From Clostridia bacterium (GTDB taxonomy: Bacteria; Bacillota; Clostridia; TANB77; CAG-465), in contig JAZKXT010000011.1 in the NCBI GenBank assembly GCA_045611765.1, forward strand, positions 38,130 to 102,129: a DNA stretch of 64,000 nt. Direction: 5' to 3'. The position numbers and the translations under genes were made by a program. Below the pieces are notes generated by a model. The model did no database searches, had not been told where the DNA came from, and worked only from the letters and a program-made list of their open reading frames with translations. Positions 18,874 through 27,805 of this stretch are shown in pieces (positions within the stretch are counted from its first letter, which is position 1; the number at the start of each line of letters is the position of its first letter).

Positions 18874-20697
18874 ATGATATACAAAAGAGTAAATAGAAGT
18901 TTAAAATCTGATTCTAAAATAGAATATGTAGAATCAAACAATCAAGGAATATATATAAACAGTTCAATTACGGGTGCAAATTTTGCACCCTATCATGGTA
19001 TATATATATATCAAGAACCTAAACGTGATACAGTGTATCTGTCTAAAGTTGTGGAACAAGTACAAATAGGTCATGAAAAGTTTAATATAATGGATATAAA
19101 AACAAGTGAAAAAAGTTATGAAGGAATGCAGTTTTTAGAAGAGTTTACATACGACTCAGTACCTACGTATACATATAATGTAAATGGTTGTGTTATAGAA
19201 AAGAAGTATAAATTACATCCAAATGAAAAAATACTTTGCATAGATTATAAAGTATCAAACAGCACGGGTAAGCCAGTGAAATTGAATGTGCTACCTTGTG
19301 TTACAAATAGAGGACTTTTTGATGTAAAGAGACAAAGTGATATGAAATATACTACACAAACTATGTCTACTTCAGTTAAAATAACTTTAAGTATTAGTGA
19401 AAATAAAGATTTGTATATAAAATCTCCTAATATGAAATACGACAAAAAAGATGGGTATATATGTGGAGTAAATTACGACTTTGAAAATGAACAGGGACAA
19501 ATAAAAACATATATAGAAGATTTATTTATACCGGGAAGCTTTGAAGCAAGTGTTAAGTCTGGAAACACAAATACTTTTAGTATATTTGTAGCTATGGAAG
19601 ATATAGATTTAAAGAGCTTTAGATCTGGCGATATAGAGATAGATATAAAAACTAGAGACAATATAAGATATGGCAATATAGATAAGAATTATTATGAGTT
19701 GTTAGGCTTAGCAAAAACAGCATATAATTTACATTATGTAGATAGAAATAAAAAAAGACTAGTTTTACTTGAAACAATTCCTGGAATACATGAAAATGAT
19801 GAATATGTTAAGAATATGATTATATCTATAGAAGGAAACTATTTATTGCTTAAGAGATATAAAGAGGCATATAAAATACTAGAGAGTATGATGGCCAAGC
19901 TTAAAGATGAGACGTATAAATTAAGTGAATTAGCACGTTGTGAGACAATGTTGTTATTTATAGAAGCACTTAACAGATATCTTATGGCTTCTGAAGCAGA
20001 TGAGGAACAAATAAGAGAATTTTATACATATATTAAGTCTAATATATATGAGTATTTAGATAGAAAGAACAAAAATGTTTATACAGATAGTGACTTTATT
20101 CTCCAAATTGAAGGGAAAAAGTACATAAAAATAAACGCACTTTGGTATAATGCACTGAGAATTTTTGTGGATTTAGCAGACAAGTTCCGTGAAGAGTCTG
20201 AGTTTATATACACAATTTCTGAACAATTAAAAGAAAATATTATACAAAGTTTTTGGGATGAAACAAATGGCGTGCTAAAATATGAAATAACAGATGTTGC
20301 ATACCCAACTTTTGATATGATATATTCTTTAAGCTTATCTTATCCATTAATAAAAGACCAAACTATGTCAATGAAACTAATGGATGTAGCATTTAAACAG
20401 TTGTATACAGCGTACGGCATGAGGCTTGGGGCTGTTAACACAAAACAATATGATGGGTATTTATATCCACACTTAATGGTACATTTCTTAAAAGCAAATT
20501 TAAGACAAATGGGAGTAACTAGAGCAAGTCAAAAATTGGCATATAATTTAGTCAAAGAAACGCTTGGAGAAATAGGTAAACACACTATAGGTACAGTAAG
20601 ATATAGATATAACGAAAAAACAAAAAAAGCATGTGGCAGTGAAGTAAGCGCAATTACAAACGCCGAATTAATTCGCGCTTTTGATATGCTAACTTAA
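18874..20697 (+). CDS. Divergent glycogen debranching enzyme / amylo-alpha-1,6-glucosidase-like protein
   Basis: SSITGAN..YHG N-terminal motif, INALWYNAL, LYTAYGMRL. Confidence 0.65.
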   Translation: MIYKRVNRSLKSDSKIEYVESNNQGIYINSSITGANFAPYHGIYIYQEPKRDTVYLSKVVEQVQIGHEKFNIMDIKTSEKSYEGMQFLEEFTYDSVPTYTYNVNGCVIEKKYKLHPNEKILCIDYKVSNSTGKPVKLNVLPCVTNRGLFDVKRQSDMKYTTQTMSTSVKITLSISENKDLYIKSPNMKYDKKDGYICGVNYDFENEQGQIKTYIEDLFIPGSFEASVKSGNTNTFSIFVAMEDIDLKSFRSGDIEIDIKTRDNIRYGNIDKNYYELLGLAKTAYNLHYVDRNKKRLVLLETIPGIHENDEYVKNMIISIEGNYLLLKRYKEAYKILESMMAKLKDETYKLSELARCETMLLFIEALNRYLMASEADEEQIREFYTYIKSNIYEYLDRKNKNVYTDSDFILQIEGKKYIKINALWYNALRIFVDLADKFREESEFIYTISEQLKENIIQSFWDETNGVLKYEITDVAYPTFDMIYSLSLSYPLIKDQTMSMKLMDVAFKQLYTAYGMRLGAVNTKQYDGYLYPHLMVHFLKANLRQMGVTRASQKLAYNLVKETLGEIGKHTIGTVRYRYNEKTKKACGSEVSAITNAELIRAFDMLT

Positions 20698-20718
20698 AGA
20701 TTAATAAAGGAGAAGCTA

Positions 20719-21207
20719 ATGTATATATTAGGAATTGACCCTGGTTTTGGCCGTGTGGGTTATGGAATAATAGAATATAAACATAACAAATATAGGCCGG
20801 TAGAATACGGTTCAATAACAACAAAGACGGGTGAGAAATTATCTACAAGGCTTAAACAAATACACGAAGATTTAGAAGAAGTAATATCTAGATATAGTAT
20901 AGATGCTGCAGCAGTTGAGTCTTTATTCTTTAATACGAATATAACAACTGGCATACAAGTTGCTGAAGCAAGAGGGGTAATATTATTAACGCTTGAAGAT
21001 AACGGCATCCCTATAAGTGAGTATACTCCATTACAAGTAAAACAAGCATTAATTGGTTATGGTAGAGCAGACAAAATACAAATAAAAAATATGGTAAAAG
21101 ATATGCTAAAACTAGAAAAAATGCCAAAATTAGATGATACAACAGATGCTTTAGCTATTGCTATATGTCACGCAAATAGTGCAAAATATAACGAATACTT
21201 GAAGTAA
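20719..21207 (+). CDS. ruvC: Holliday junction resolvase RuvC
   Basis: ILGIDPG, EARGV, YTPLQVK, DDTTDALAIAICH. Confidence 0.97.
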   Translation: MYILGIDPGFGRVGYGIIEYKHNKYRPVEYGSITTKTGEKLSTRLKQIHEDLEEVISRYSIDAAAVESLFFNTNITTGIQVAEARGVILLTLEDNGIPISEYTPLQVKQALIGYGRADKIQIKNMVKDMLKLEKMPKLDDTTDALAIAICHANSAKYNEYLK

Positions 21208-21214
21208 AAAATAT

Positions 21215-21249
21215 ATAAACTAGAGAATTAGTATAGTTCTCTAGTTTAT
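21215..21249. terminator. Bidirectional terminator
   Basis: ataaactagagaa...ttctctagtttat between convergent genes. Confidence 0.75.
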
Positions 21250-21278
21250 TTTGTACTTAGTTTTTATTTAGATATATT

Positions 21279-22247
21279 TTACTCTACTTTCCGTATGAAC
21301 ATAGTAGATATTACATAACCATATGTGTCGCTTTTTTCTACACCAATACCTATATAATTATATGAGTTGGACAGAATGTTTTGCTTATGCGTAGGTGAAT
21401 TAAGCCAAGCCGTTACAGCATCTTGTAGACTTGGGTTGCCGGCAATATTTTCTCCGGCTACTTTGTAACTTACGTTATATTTTTTCATCATTGCAAAAGG
21501 ACTACCATAAGTAGGTGAAGTATGAGAAAAATATGAATTTTCAACCATATCTTGCGCTTTTAGACGGGCAACTTTAAATAAGTTGGCGTTTGTAGAAAGT
21601 TTTGGTAGACCAGCGTTAGTTCTTGCTTTATTTAATAAATCAAAAATAATTTTTTCATTTTCACTCATACTAAAAGAAGTAGTAGTTGAATTGGAGTTTG
21701 AACTATTGCTTGTTGATGGTGCAGAAAGATTTAAGAAATCTTTTCTAATACATCCCACTAGATTATTCTTCGTAACAACAATATACCAGTTGTCTATATA
21801 TCCTATAGCTTTTATACTAGTTCCTTTAGATAATGTAGTAATCTTTGCGAAATTTGTTCCGGGGCCTTTTCTTAGGTTTACAGAGGCATTGGTAGTTACA
21901 TTTTTGGGAGTCATACTAGTGTAGGTTTTAGCTCCGCTTGGAGCAGTTGTAACCGTTTGGATATAGTCTTTACTTAATGCTCCAATTTCATTTGTTCCAA
22001 GTTGGATAATATAGAAATTGTCGATGCTGCCAACCATTTTTACACTTGTGCCTTTGGTAAGTGTGCGGATTTTGCCGCTAGATGTAGAAGCTGTAGTTCT
22101 GAAATTAACATTGCTAGTTAACTTGCCATATTTTGGTTTAAAACTTGTAACTGAAGAATCGGCAAAGACAGATATAGAAAATATAAAAAGCATGGCTAAT
22201 GTTAAAATGAAAAACAAAGCTTTATTAGATTTAATTAATTTTTTCAT
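21279..22247 (-). CDS. Secreted protein with two SH3b domains and a CAP (SCP/YkwD-like) domain
   Basis: Signal peptide; VNFRTTAST and VNLRKGPGT; YFSHTSPTYGSPF, GENIA, WLNSPTH. Confidence 0.88.
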   Translation of the reverse strand: MKKLIKSNKALFFILTLAMLFIFSISVFADSSVTSFKPKYGKLTSNVNFRTTASTSSGKIRTLTKGTSVKMVGSIDNFYIIQLGTNEIGALSKDYIQTVTTAPSGAKTYTSMTPKNVTTNASVNLRKGPGTNFAKITTLSKGTSIKAIGYIDNWYIVVTKNNLVGCIRKDFLNLSAPSTSNSSNSNSTTTSFSMSENEKIIFDLLNKARTNAGLPKLSTNANLFKVARLKAQDMVENSYFSHTSPTYGSPFAMMKKYNVSYKVAGENIAGNPSLQDAVTAWLNSPTHKQNILSNSYNYIGIGVEKSDTYGYVISTMFIRKVE

Positions 22248-22358
22248 TTGAATCCCTCCAATTTATATATATGTACAAGCTTTAACTTTTAGAACTAAAT
22301 TCCTAAAAAATGTATATTATTTTCTAAAGTTAAAATAATATATTTGAGGTGTAGTGTA

Positions 22359-23591
22359 ATGAATATGACTCAAGGTAAAATGTTTTGGAACGAACAAATT
22401 GGGATAATACAAAAATACCCATATATTAGTAAAGATAAGAAATGCGATGTGCTGATAATAGGTGGTGGTATAGGTGGAGCTTTAAGCGCGTATATGCAAG
22501 CAAAACAAGGAGCTCAAGTAATTGTTGTAGATAAAAATATCATAGGGTACGGTGCAACATTACAAAATGACGGAACCATAATTTCAAGAGTGGATTTTGA
22601 TACGAGAGTTGTAAAAAATCTAAAAGAAAAAGATATATCTAAATGTAATAAATTATGTAAAAAAGCATTAGAGGATATACAGGAAATAATGCAAGATATT
22701 TCACGCGATGAAGAATGTAAAAAATATATAGATAAACTTCAATTCAAGAATGTGGATTTACTGTGTTATTCAGATAGAATAATGCAAAAGATAAGCATGT
22801 ACAAGAATTTTGAAAGATTGGGGAAAGAAGATAGTACAATAGAATATTTAGAACAAGATCCTTTAATTAATTTAAGAACAGGAATAATATTTCCAAGTAG
22901 TGCAATCACAGTAAATCCGTATGCATTTACTCAATTAATATTTATATTACTTAGTAAAATGAAAAATGTAGAAATATATGAAAACAGCGATATTACTAGT
23001 ATTAGCTCAAAAGATGAATTGGTTGAAAGCATTACAAATAATAGATTTAAAATATATTCAAAAAATGTAATTCTAACCAATGGAATACATGCATTAGAAT
23101 ATTTAGCGAATGAAGATATAACATTAAACAAAACATTTACATTAATTAGCGAAAAAACAAACGAGTTGCAAGATAGCGTAATAAATATAGTTGCACAAAG
23201 TATAAATAATCCAAGCATTTCTATTTCGTTTACACCAGATAAAAGGGTTGTTCTTTGCGGAGAAGATATAAAGCAAAACGATAAAATGTTAGATGACAAA
23301 TATTCTATACGTTTTGCAAATGGCAAATACAAAAAGATGTATTTGAATTTTAGAAAAATGTTAAATTTAAGTAGTGACGTAAAAGTGAGAAATTGCTTTA
23401 GTGGAATGTACTTAGAGACAAAAGATGGTCTTCCGATAATAGATGAAATACAAAATATGCCAAATGTATATTGTAATTTAAGTGTTGGAAGAAATGGAAT
23501 AATATATTCTATGATAGGTGCTAGAATGCTAAGAAACATCTCGAAGCAATGCCATGAAAAAGACATGTATTTATTTAGGGAAGATAGATAA
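22359..23591 (+). CDS. FAD-dependent oxidoreductase (DAO-like)
   Basis: DVLIIGGGIGGA, ETKDGLPII, NGIIYS. Confidence 0.8.
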   Translation: MNMTQGKMFWNEQIGIIQKYPYISKDKKCDVLIIGGGIGGALSAYMQAKQGAQVIVVDKNIIGYGATLQNDGTIISRVDFDTRVVKNLKEKDISKCNKLCKKALEDIQEIMQDISRDEECKKYIDKLQFKNVDLLCYSDRIMQKISMYKNFERLGKEDSTIEYLEQDPLINLRTGIIFPSSAITVNPYAFTQLIFILLSKMKNVEIYENSDITSISSKDELVESITNNRFKIYSKNVILTNGIHALEYLANEDITLNKTFTLISEKTNELQDSVINIVAQSINNPSISISFTPDKRVVLCGEDIKQNDKMLDDKYSIRFANGKYKKMYLNFRKMLNLSSDVKVRNCFSGMYLETKDGLPIIDEIQNMPNVYCNLSVGRNGIIYSMIGARMLRNISKQCHEKDMYLFREDR

Positions 23592-23632
23592 TAAGATAAT
23601 AAAAACAAATTAAAATGATATAATATAAAAAG

Positions 23633-23662
23633 CAAGAGAATGACCATTTGGTCATTCTCTTG
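23633..23662. terminator. Bidirectional terminator
   Basis: caagagaatgacca-tt-tggtcattctcttg. Confidence 0.8.
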
Positions 23663-23668
23663 TGTATT

Positions 23669-24460
23669 TTACATCTGCTTAGTTAGCTTGAGAAAAAGTC
23701 CTTTGGGCGTAGCGCCGGTTACGTGACATTCAACTTTTTGCCCGTAGGAAAGAGGCGTGACACAGTGCATAATGCCCGAAACTTGTGGGGTGACATTAAC
23801 GAAGTAGAAGGGTACTTCGGAGTCGCTAATATAGTCACCGACTTTACACTCGATTGATGTACCAACAGGATAATCATCCGGTGAATAGGCTTGGAAGGTT
23901 TGACGGTAAGAAAGATTTACGCGACCTTCGGAATCTACACCAAGGACTGCAGCGTGGATGCTTTGATGTTGCTGGAAATATTCAAAAGCGCTTCTGATAT
24001 GACATTTGCAAATATCATTGATATAGATAACGCCCATGATACCTTCGCCGCAGTCGGCAAAAACAGTGCGGTTAATGACGCCTGTAATGTAAGCCGGGAT
24101 GATATCCATCTTGTCAAATTTAGTCAAAGCTTCTCTCATGTTTTTCTTACGTGAAACAGTAATTGTGCTGCCGCAGATATTTGTGACTTTTACCCGAATT
24201 TTCTGTCTCAGCAAACAACATACGTTGGTTGGAATGTGAGTGTTGGTTTTCTTGCTGTAACGCAGTGGGTAGATGGTTGCTTCGTAATAGGGCATCTTTG
24301 CGATAATTCGCGAACCCAAACGCACGTTAAGTGCTTTTTCCTCTGCCGAGATACTTTCCACAAATCCTGTGACAGTGGAATTGGTATACATAGCTTCCTG
24401 GATGTTTTGCATGCTGAGGCTTGTGTAGTCGTGATAAATTTCGGGTTTAATCTTTTTCAT
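23669..24460 (-). CDS. S1/OB-fold repeat protein (divergent, RNA-binding-like)
   Basis: IRVKVTNICGSTITVSRK and AVLGVDSEGRVNLSYRQ resemble S1 domain ends; RBS GGAGG; GC higher than flanks. Confidence 0.65.
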   Translation of the reverse strand: MKKIKPEIYHDYTSLSMQNIQEAMYTNSTVTGFVESISAEEKALNVRLGSRIIAKMPYYEATIYPLRYSKKTNTHIPTNVCCLLRQKIRVKVTNICGSTITVSRKKNMREALTKFDKMDIIPAYITGVINRTVFADCGEGIMGVIYINDICKCHIRSAFEYFQQHQSIHAAVLGVDSEGRVNLSYRQTFQAYSPDDYPVGTSIECKVGDYISDSEVPFYFVNVTPQVSGIMHCVTPLSYGQKVECHVTGATPKGLFLKLTKQM

Positions 24461-24682
24461 CTTTTTTTCCTCCAAAAAAATTTTTTGTCTTTTAAAATTA
24501 CGACCACTTTTATTATACCATAAATATTATGTAAATTCAATAGCCGCCGAAGTGAAAATAATGGGCGATTTTATAGAGCACTGTAAAAACGAAAAATATT
24601 AAAATATAGCAAAAATATAAAATACAGTTGCAAATTTAAAAAATATGGTATAATATAAATGAAAAATAAGGAGGCTAAACAA

Positions 24683-26983
24683 ATGAGAAGTAAAAAGGGT
24701 GTATCACTTATAGTGTTAATAATAACAATTATAGTTATGACAATACTTGCTGGTGCTGTAATAATTTCATTAAGCAATGCTGGTATAATAGGTAAAGCTA
24801 GTGATGCGGTAGTAGCAAGTGATATAGCAAATATTCAAACACAAGTAGATATAGTTAAAGGAATGGCACAATTAGATGCCATAACTAATGGCGAAAAACT
24901 AACGCAAGAAAAATTGACACAAGAGATACAGAAACATTTTAAAGATAGTACGGTAGAAGGAAACATAATAACAGTAGAAAGAGGTAAATATGATATAGCT
25001 ATAGGAGAAGATTTAACTATATCTATTGGAAAACACGGAGAAGTTAGTGATAGCGTAAAGGATATTAAAGTAACTTACACAACAGAATATACCGGTAGTG
25101 GTACAATGATAAATTTGAAAATTGAATTGCTTAACAATAAAAAATATGAAGATTACAGCGAGGAAGAGTTTGAACCGGGGGTTGCGGAAGAATTTTTAAA
25201 CGGACTTGATTTAGATGAATTACTTTATAATGCTGCTATGGCAGATGGCTATGAGGATGGAGAAGACTATTATAATTCTGAAATACAACCCGACTTAATT
25301 GAAGCATTATCATATGAAGAGTTTATAAACGATAGCGATACGGATAAAATTGTAGAAGAAAGTGTTGGTTATAAAACGGCAAAACTATATGTAAAGTATA
25401 AAATTGCATATAATATCAAAGACATGAGATTTGTAAACTATTATGTGTCAACTATGTTGAAGGCGAAAGAACAGTATCCGGAAGTGTCTGGAAAATCATT
25501 TGAAGAATTACAAGACTTTATTGAAACTATATATGATAATGAAAAAACGTTTGATGAAATAACAACGGATTTAGTTTCTGATAGTTTTGAAAGCTGGTAC
25601 GGAGACCGTAATGATTATACTGTAGAAGAAGCATATGTATATACTCGCGAGCAAGTAGTGATAGCAATGATTTGGGATGCATTTGTAGATACACATCCTA
25701 TATTAATAGAGTACCCAGATGGAAGCCAAGAAGAAATAACATTTTGGACTGAACAAAATATATTTGAAGATTTGAGTTATATAATCACAACACCAGGTGA
25801 TTATACTATAAAAGTAACAAGCCCAAGTGGTTATACTGAAACGATTTACCTAAATCTAGAGGCAGAAGATTTGATTCAAGCAGTTCCTGAAAAATGGCAA
25901 TCGAATGTTGTTGCGATAGTAAATACAGTTCCAATCCCTAAAGGATTTGTGGCATCTCAGGCAACAGGAGAAAACACGAAAGAGGGTGGGCTTGTAATAT
26001 ATGAAGGGACAACACCTGTAACAGATGCAAATGTAGAAGCGGCAAAAAGAGATAGAAACCAATATGTATGGGTGCCAGTGGAAGACTTCAGTAAGTTTAT
26101 AAGACAAGAATTTGGTGTATCAACAGAAATATCTAATGAATTAGGAATGGAATATTGGGAAGTAATATTAGATATAACAACTAACATGCCGCTTAGCACA
26201 CAAAGTACAAGTTATATAACAGGTACGACTCTAGAGGAAGTACAAGAAATGTATGAAAGTGTAAAAGAATATCAAGGGTTCTATGTGGCAAGATATGAAG
26301 TCGGATTGGATGTAGAAAGCTACAAGACGGGTTATAGTGGTTCTATAATGTCGAATGTACATTCAAAAATGAATAAAGCACCATATAATTACATCAAATG
26401 GGGAAATAGTATGAGTGACGATAGATATGGAGCGGTAGAAGTAGCAAGAAGTATATATCCAAAAACAAATAGAAATTACGGAGTAGTATCTACACTAACA
26501 TATGGAGTACAATGGGATAGGACACTTGCGTGGTGGGTGGAAACCAAAGCTCAAAATGGGACAGGAGATATAATAATATCAAGCGACACACAGTTAAATA
26601 ACAGTACATTATATGGAAATCATACTGAGAGCGAAATATCAGTAAATTCCTTTAATGATGGAGCAAAGTACTTGTTGTATAGTAATTCTACGCTTGCAAC
26701 AACATATAAAGATGTAACAACCTATAAATCTTCAAGCGTATCTTGGTTGTTAACAACAGGAGCTACAGAGACCGCAAGGATAAATAACATTTACGATATG
26801 GCCGGAAATTTATATGAATATACTATGGAGGCTTATTCAAATAATAAACGTATTCAACGCGGCGGTGCGTACAGAGTAGCATACAGTTCTGGCGTTCCTC
26901 GTGTTACTAGTCGTTACATAGAGAATGTGGGTGCTATTACAGACTACTTTGGTTTCCGTGTAGCATTATACATAAAGAAATAA
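24683..26983 (+). CDS. Type IV pilin-like N-terminus, acidic insert domain and CLec/FGE-like domain, paralog 3
   Basis: KG|VSLIVLIITIIVMTILAG; C-terminal ~350 aa homologous to paralogs 1 and 2. RBS GGAGG precedes the ATG at 24683 (ORF track starts at 24659). Confidence 0.9.
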   Translation: MRSKKGVSLIVLIITIIVMTILAGAVIISLSNAGIIGKASDAVVASDIANIQTQVDIVKGMAQLDAITNGEKLTQEKLTQEIQKHFKDSTVEGNIITVERGKYDIAIGEDLTISIGKHGEVSDSVKDIKVTYTTEYTGSGTMINLKIELLNNKKYEDYSEEEFEPGVAEEFLNGLDLDELLYNAAMADGYEDGEDYYNSEIQPDLIEALSYEEFINDSDTDKIVEESVGYKTAKLYVKYKIAYNIKDMRFVNYYVSTMLKAKEQYPEVSGKSFEELQDFIETIYDNEKTFDEITTDLVSDSFESWYGDRNDYTVEEAYVYTREQVVIAMIWDAFVDTHPILIEYPDGSQEEITFWTEQNIFEDLSYIITTPGDYTIKVTSPSGYTETIYLNLEAEDLIQAVPEKWQSNVVAIVNTVPIPKGFVASQATGENTKEGGLVIYEGTTPVTDANVEAAKRDRNQYVWVPVEDFSKFIRQEFGVSTEISNELGMEYWEVILDITTNMPLSTQSTSYITGTTLEEVQEMYESVKEYQGFYVARYEVGLDVESYKTGYSGSIMSNVHSKMNKAPYNYIKWGNSMSDDRYGAVEVARSIYPKTNRNYGVVSTLTYGVQWDRTLAWWVETKAQNGTGDIIISSDTQLNNSTLYGNHTESEISVNSFNDGAKYLLYSNSTLATTYKDVTTYKSSSVSWLLTTGATETARINNIYDMAGNLYEYTMEAYSNNKRIQRGGAYRVAYSSGVPRVTSRYIENVGAITDYFGFRVALYIKK

Positions 26984-26995
26984 CAACAGAATATT

Positions 26996-27032
26996 GTATA
27001 AAACACAGGCGAGATATGCCTGTGTTTTATAC
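26996..27032. terminator. Intrinsic terminator, 15-bp perfect inverted repeat
   Basis: gtataaaacacaggc-gagatat-gcctgtgttttatac. Confidence 0.85.
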
Positions 27033-27124
27033 TCTCTTAGGCATAGTTAATTTGTAAATTGTAGCTATACTAGTTGTAGGATGAGGCTTTTTATGGTATA
27101 ATGAATGGATAGAGGGGGTGCGCT

Positions 27125-27787
27125 ATGTATAAAGTGCGTATAACATATACCAAATCTAAAGAAGCAGCTTTTATACCGTCTAAAGACTTAAAAAAAGTGA
27201 TAGAAACTGCCATGATAAGAGCAGGTATATATATAACATATACAAAAGATAACGAACCAAATATAGAATTTGCAGATAATATAGATTTGGGGATAGAAAG
27301 TACCTCTGAAATATGTGATGTAGAATTAAAAGAGCACGTTGAACCAGCCTTTATGATAAAAGGACTAAATCGCGAATTACCTGTGGGTATAGTTGTGCTT
27401 ACGGCAGAATATTTAAAAGACATAGACGTTCCAATTTCTCAAGGAGTATATGCTGTAACATATGAGATAATACCTAATTTAGGTGATGTTACTAAAATGA
27501 CTAATAGAGAATATGAAGATAGAAGAAAATGGTATAGATTTAGAATGGAAGAATATTTAGAAGAACCTGCCATATTAGTTCTAGTTAAAATGATGGAACG
27601 TAGTGAAAGAATAAATATTAAGCCAGCTATTTTAAGTTATGAAATGCATATAAATGATGCGCTTAGAATAACAATATCTAAAGATACAGATTATAGTTTT
27701 AATCCTAATTATATCATGGACGGCTTTAATGAATTTGTGAATGATAACATAGAATACACAATAAGAAGAACAAAAATATTATTTTAA
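27125..27787 (+). CDS. DUF2344 / radical-SAM-linked protein, divergent
   Basis: KVRITYTK..AAFI..DL...E.AMIRAG, LGIESTSEICDVEL, LNRELPVGI. Confidence 0.7.
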   Translation: MYKVRITYTKSKEAAFIPSKDLKKVIETAMIRAGIYITYTKDNEPNIEFADNIDLGIESTSEICDVELKEHVEPAFMIKGLNRELPVGIVVLTAEYLKDIDVPISQGVYAVTYEIIPNLGDVTKMTNREYEDRRKWYRFRMEEYLEEPAILVLVKMMERSERINIKPAILSYEMHINDALRITISKDTDYSFNPNYIMDGFNEFVNDNIEYTIRRTKILF

Positions 27788-27805
27788 CCAAGGATAGGAG
27801 ATAAA

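Noticed and set aside
24515-24540. dif/Xer-like site (ttatgtaaat)
   Set aside because: Spacer geometry is wrong. It is better explained as the minus-strand promoter (TTTACA...TGGTATAAT) of the S1 gene.
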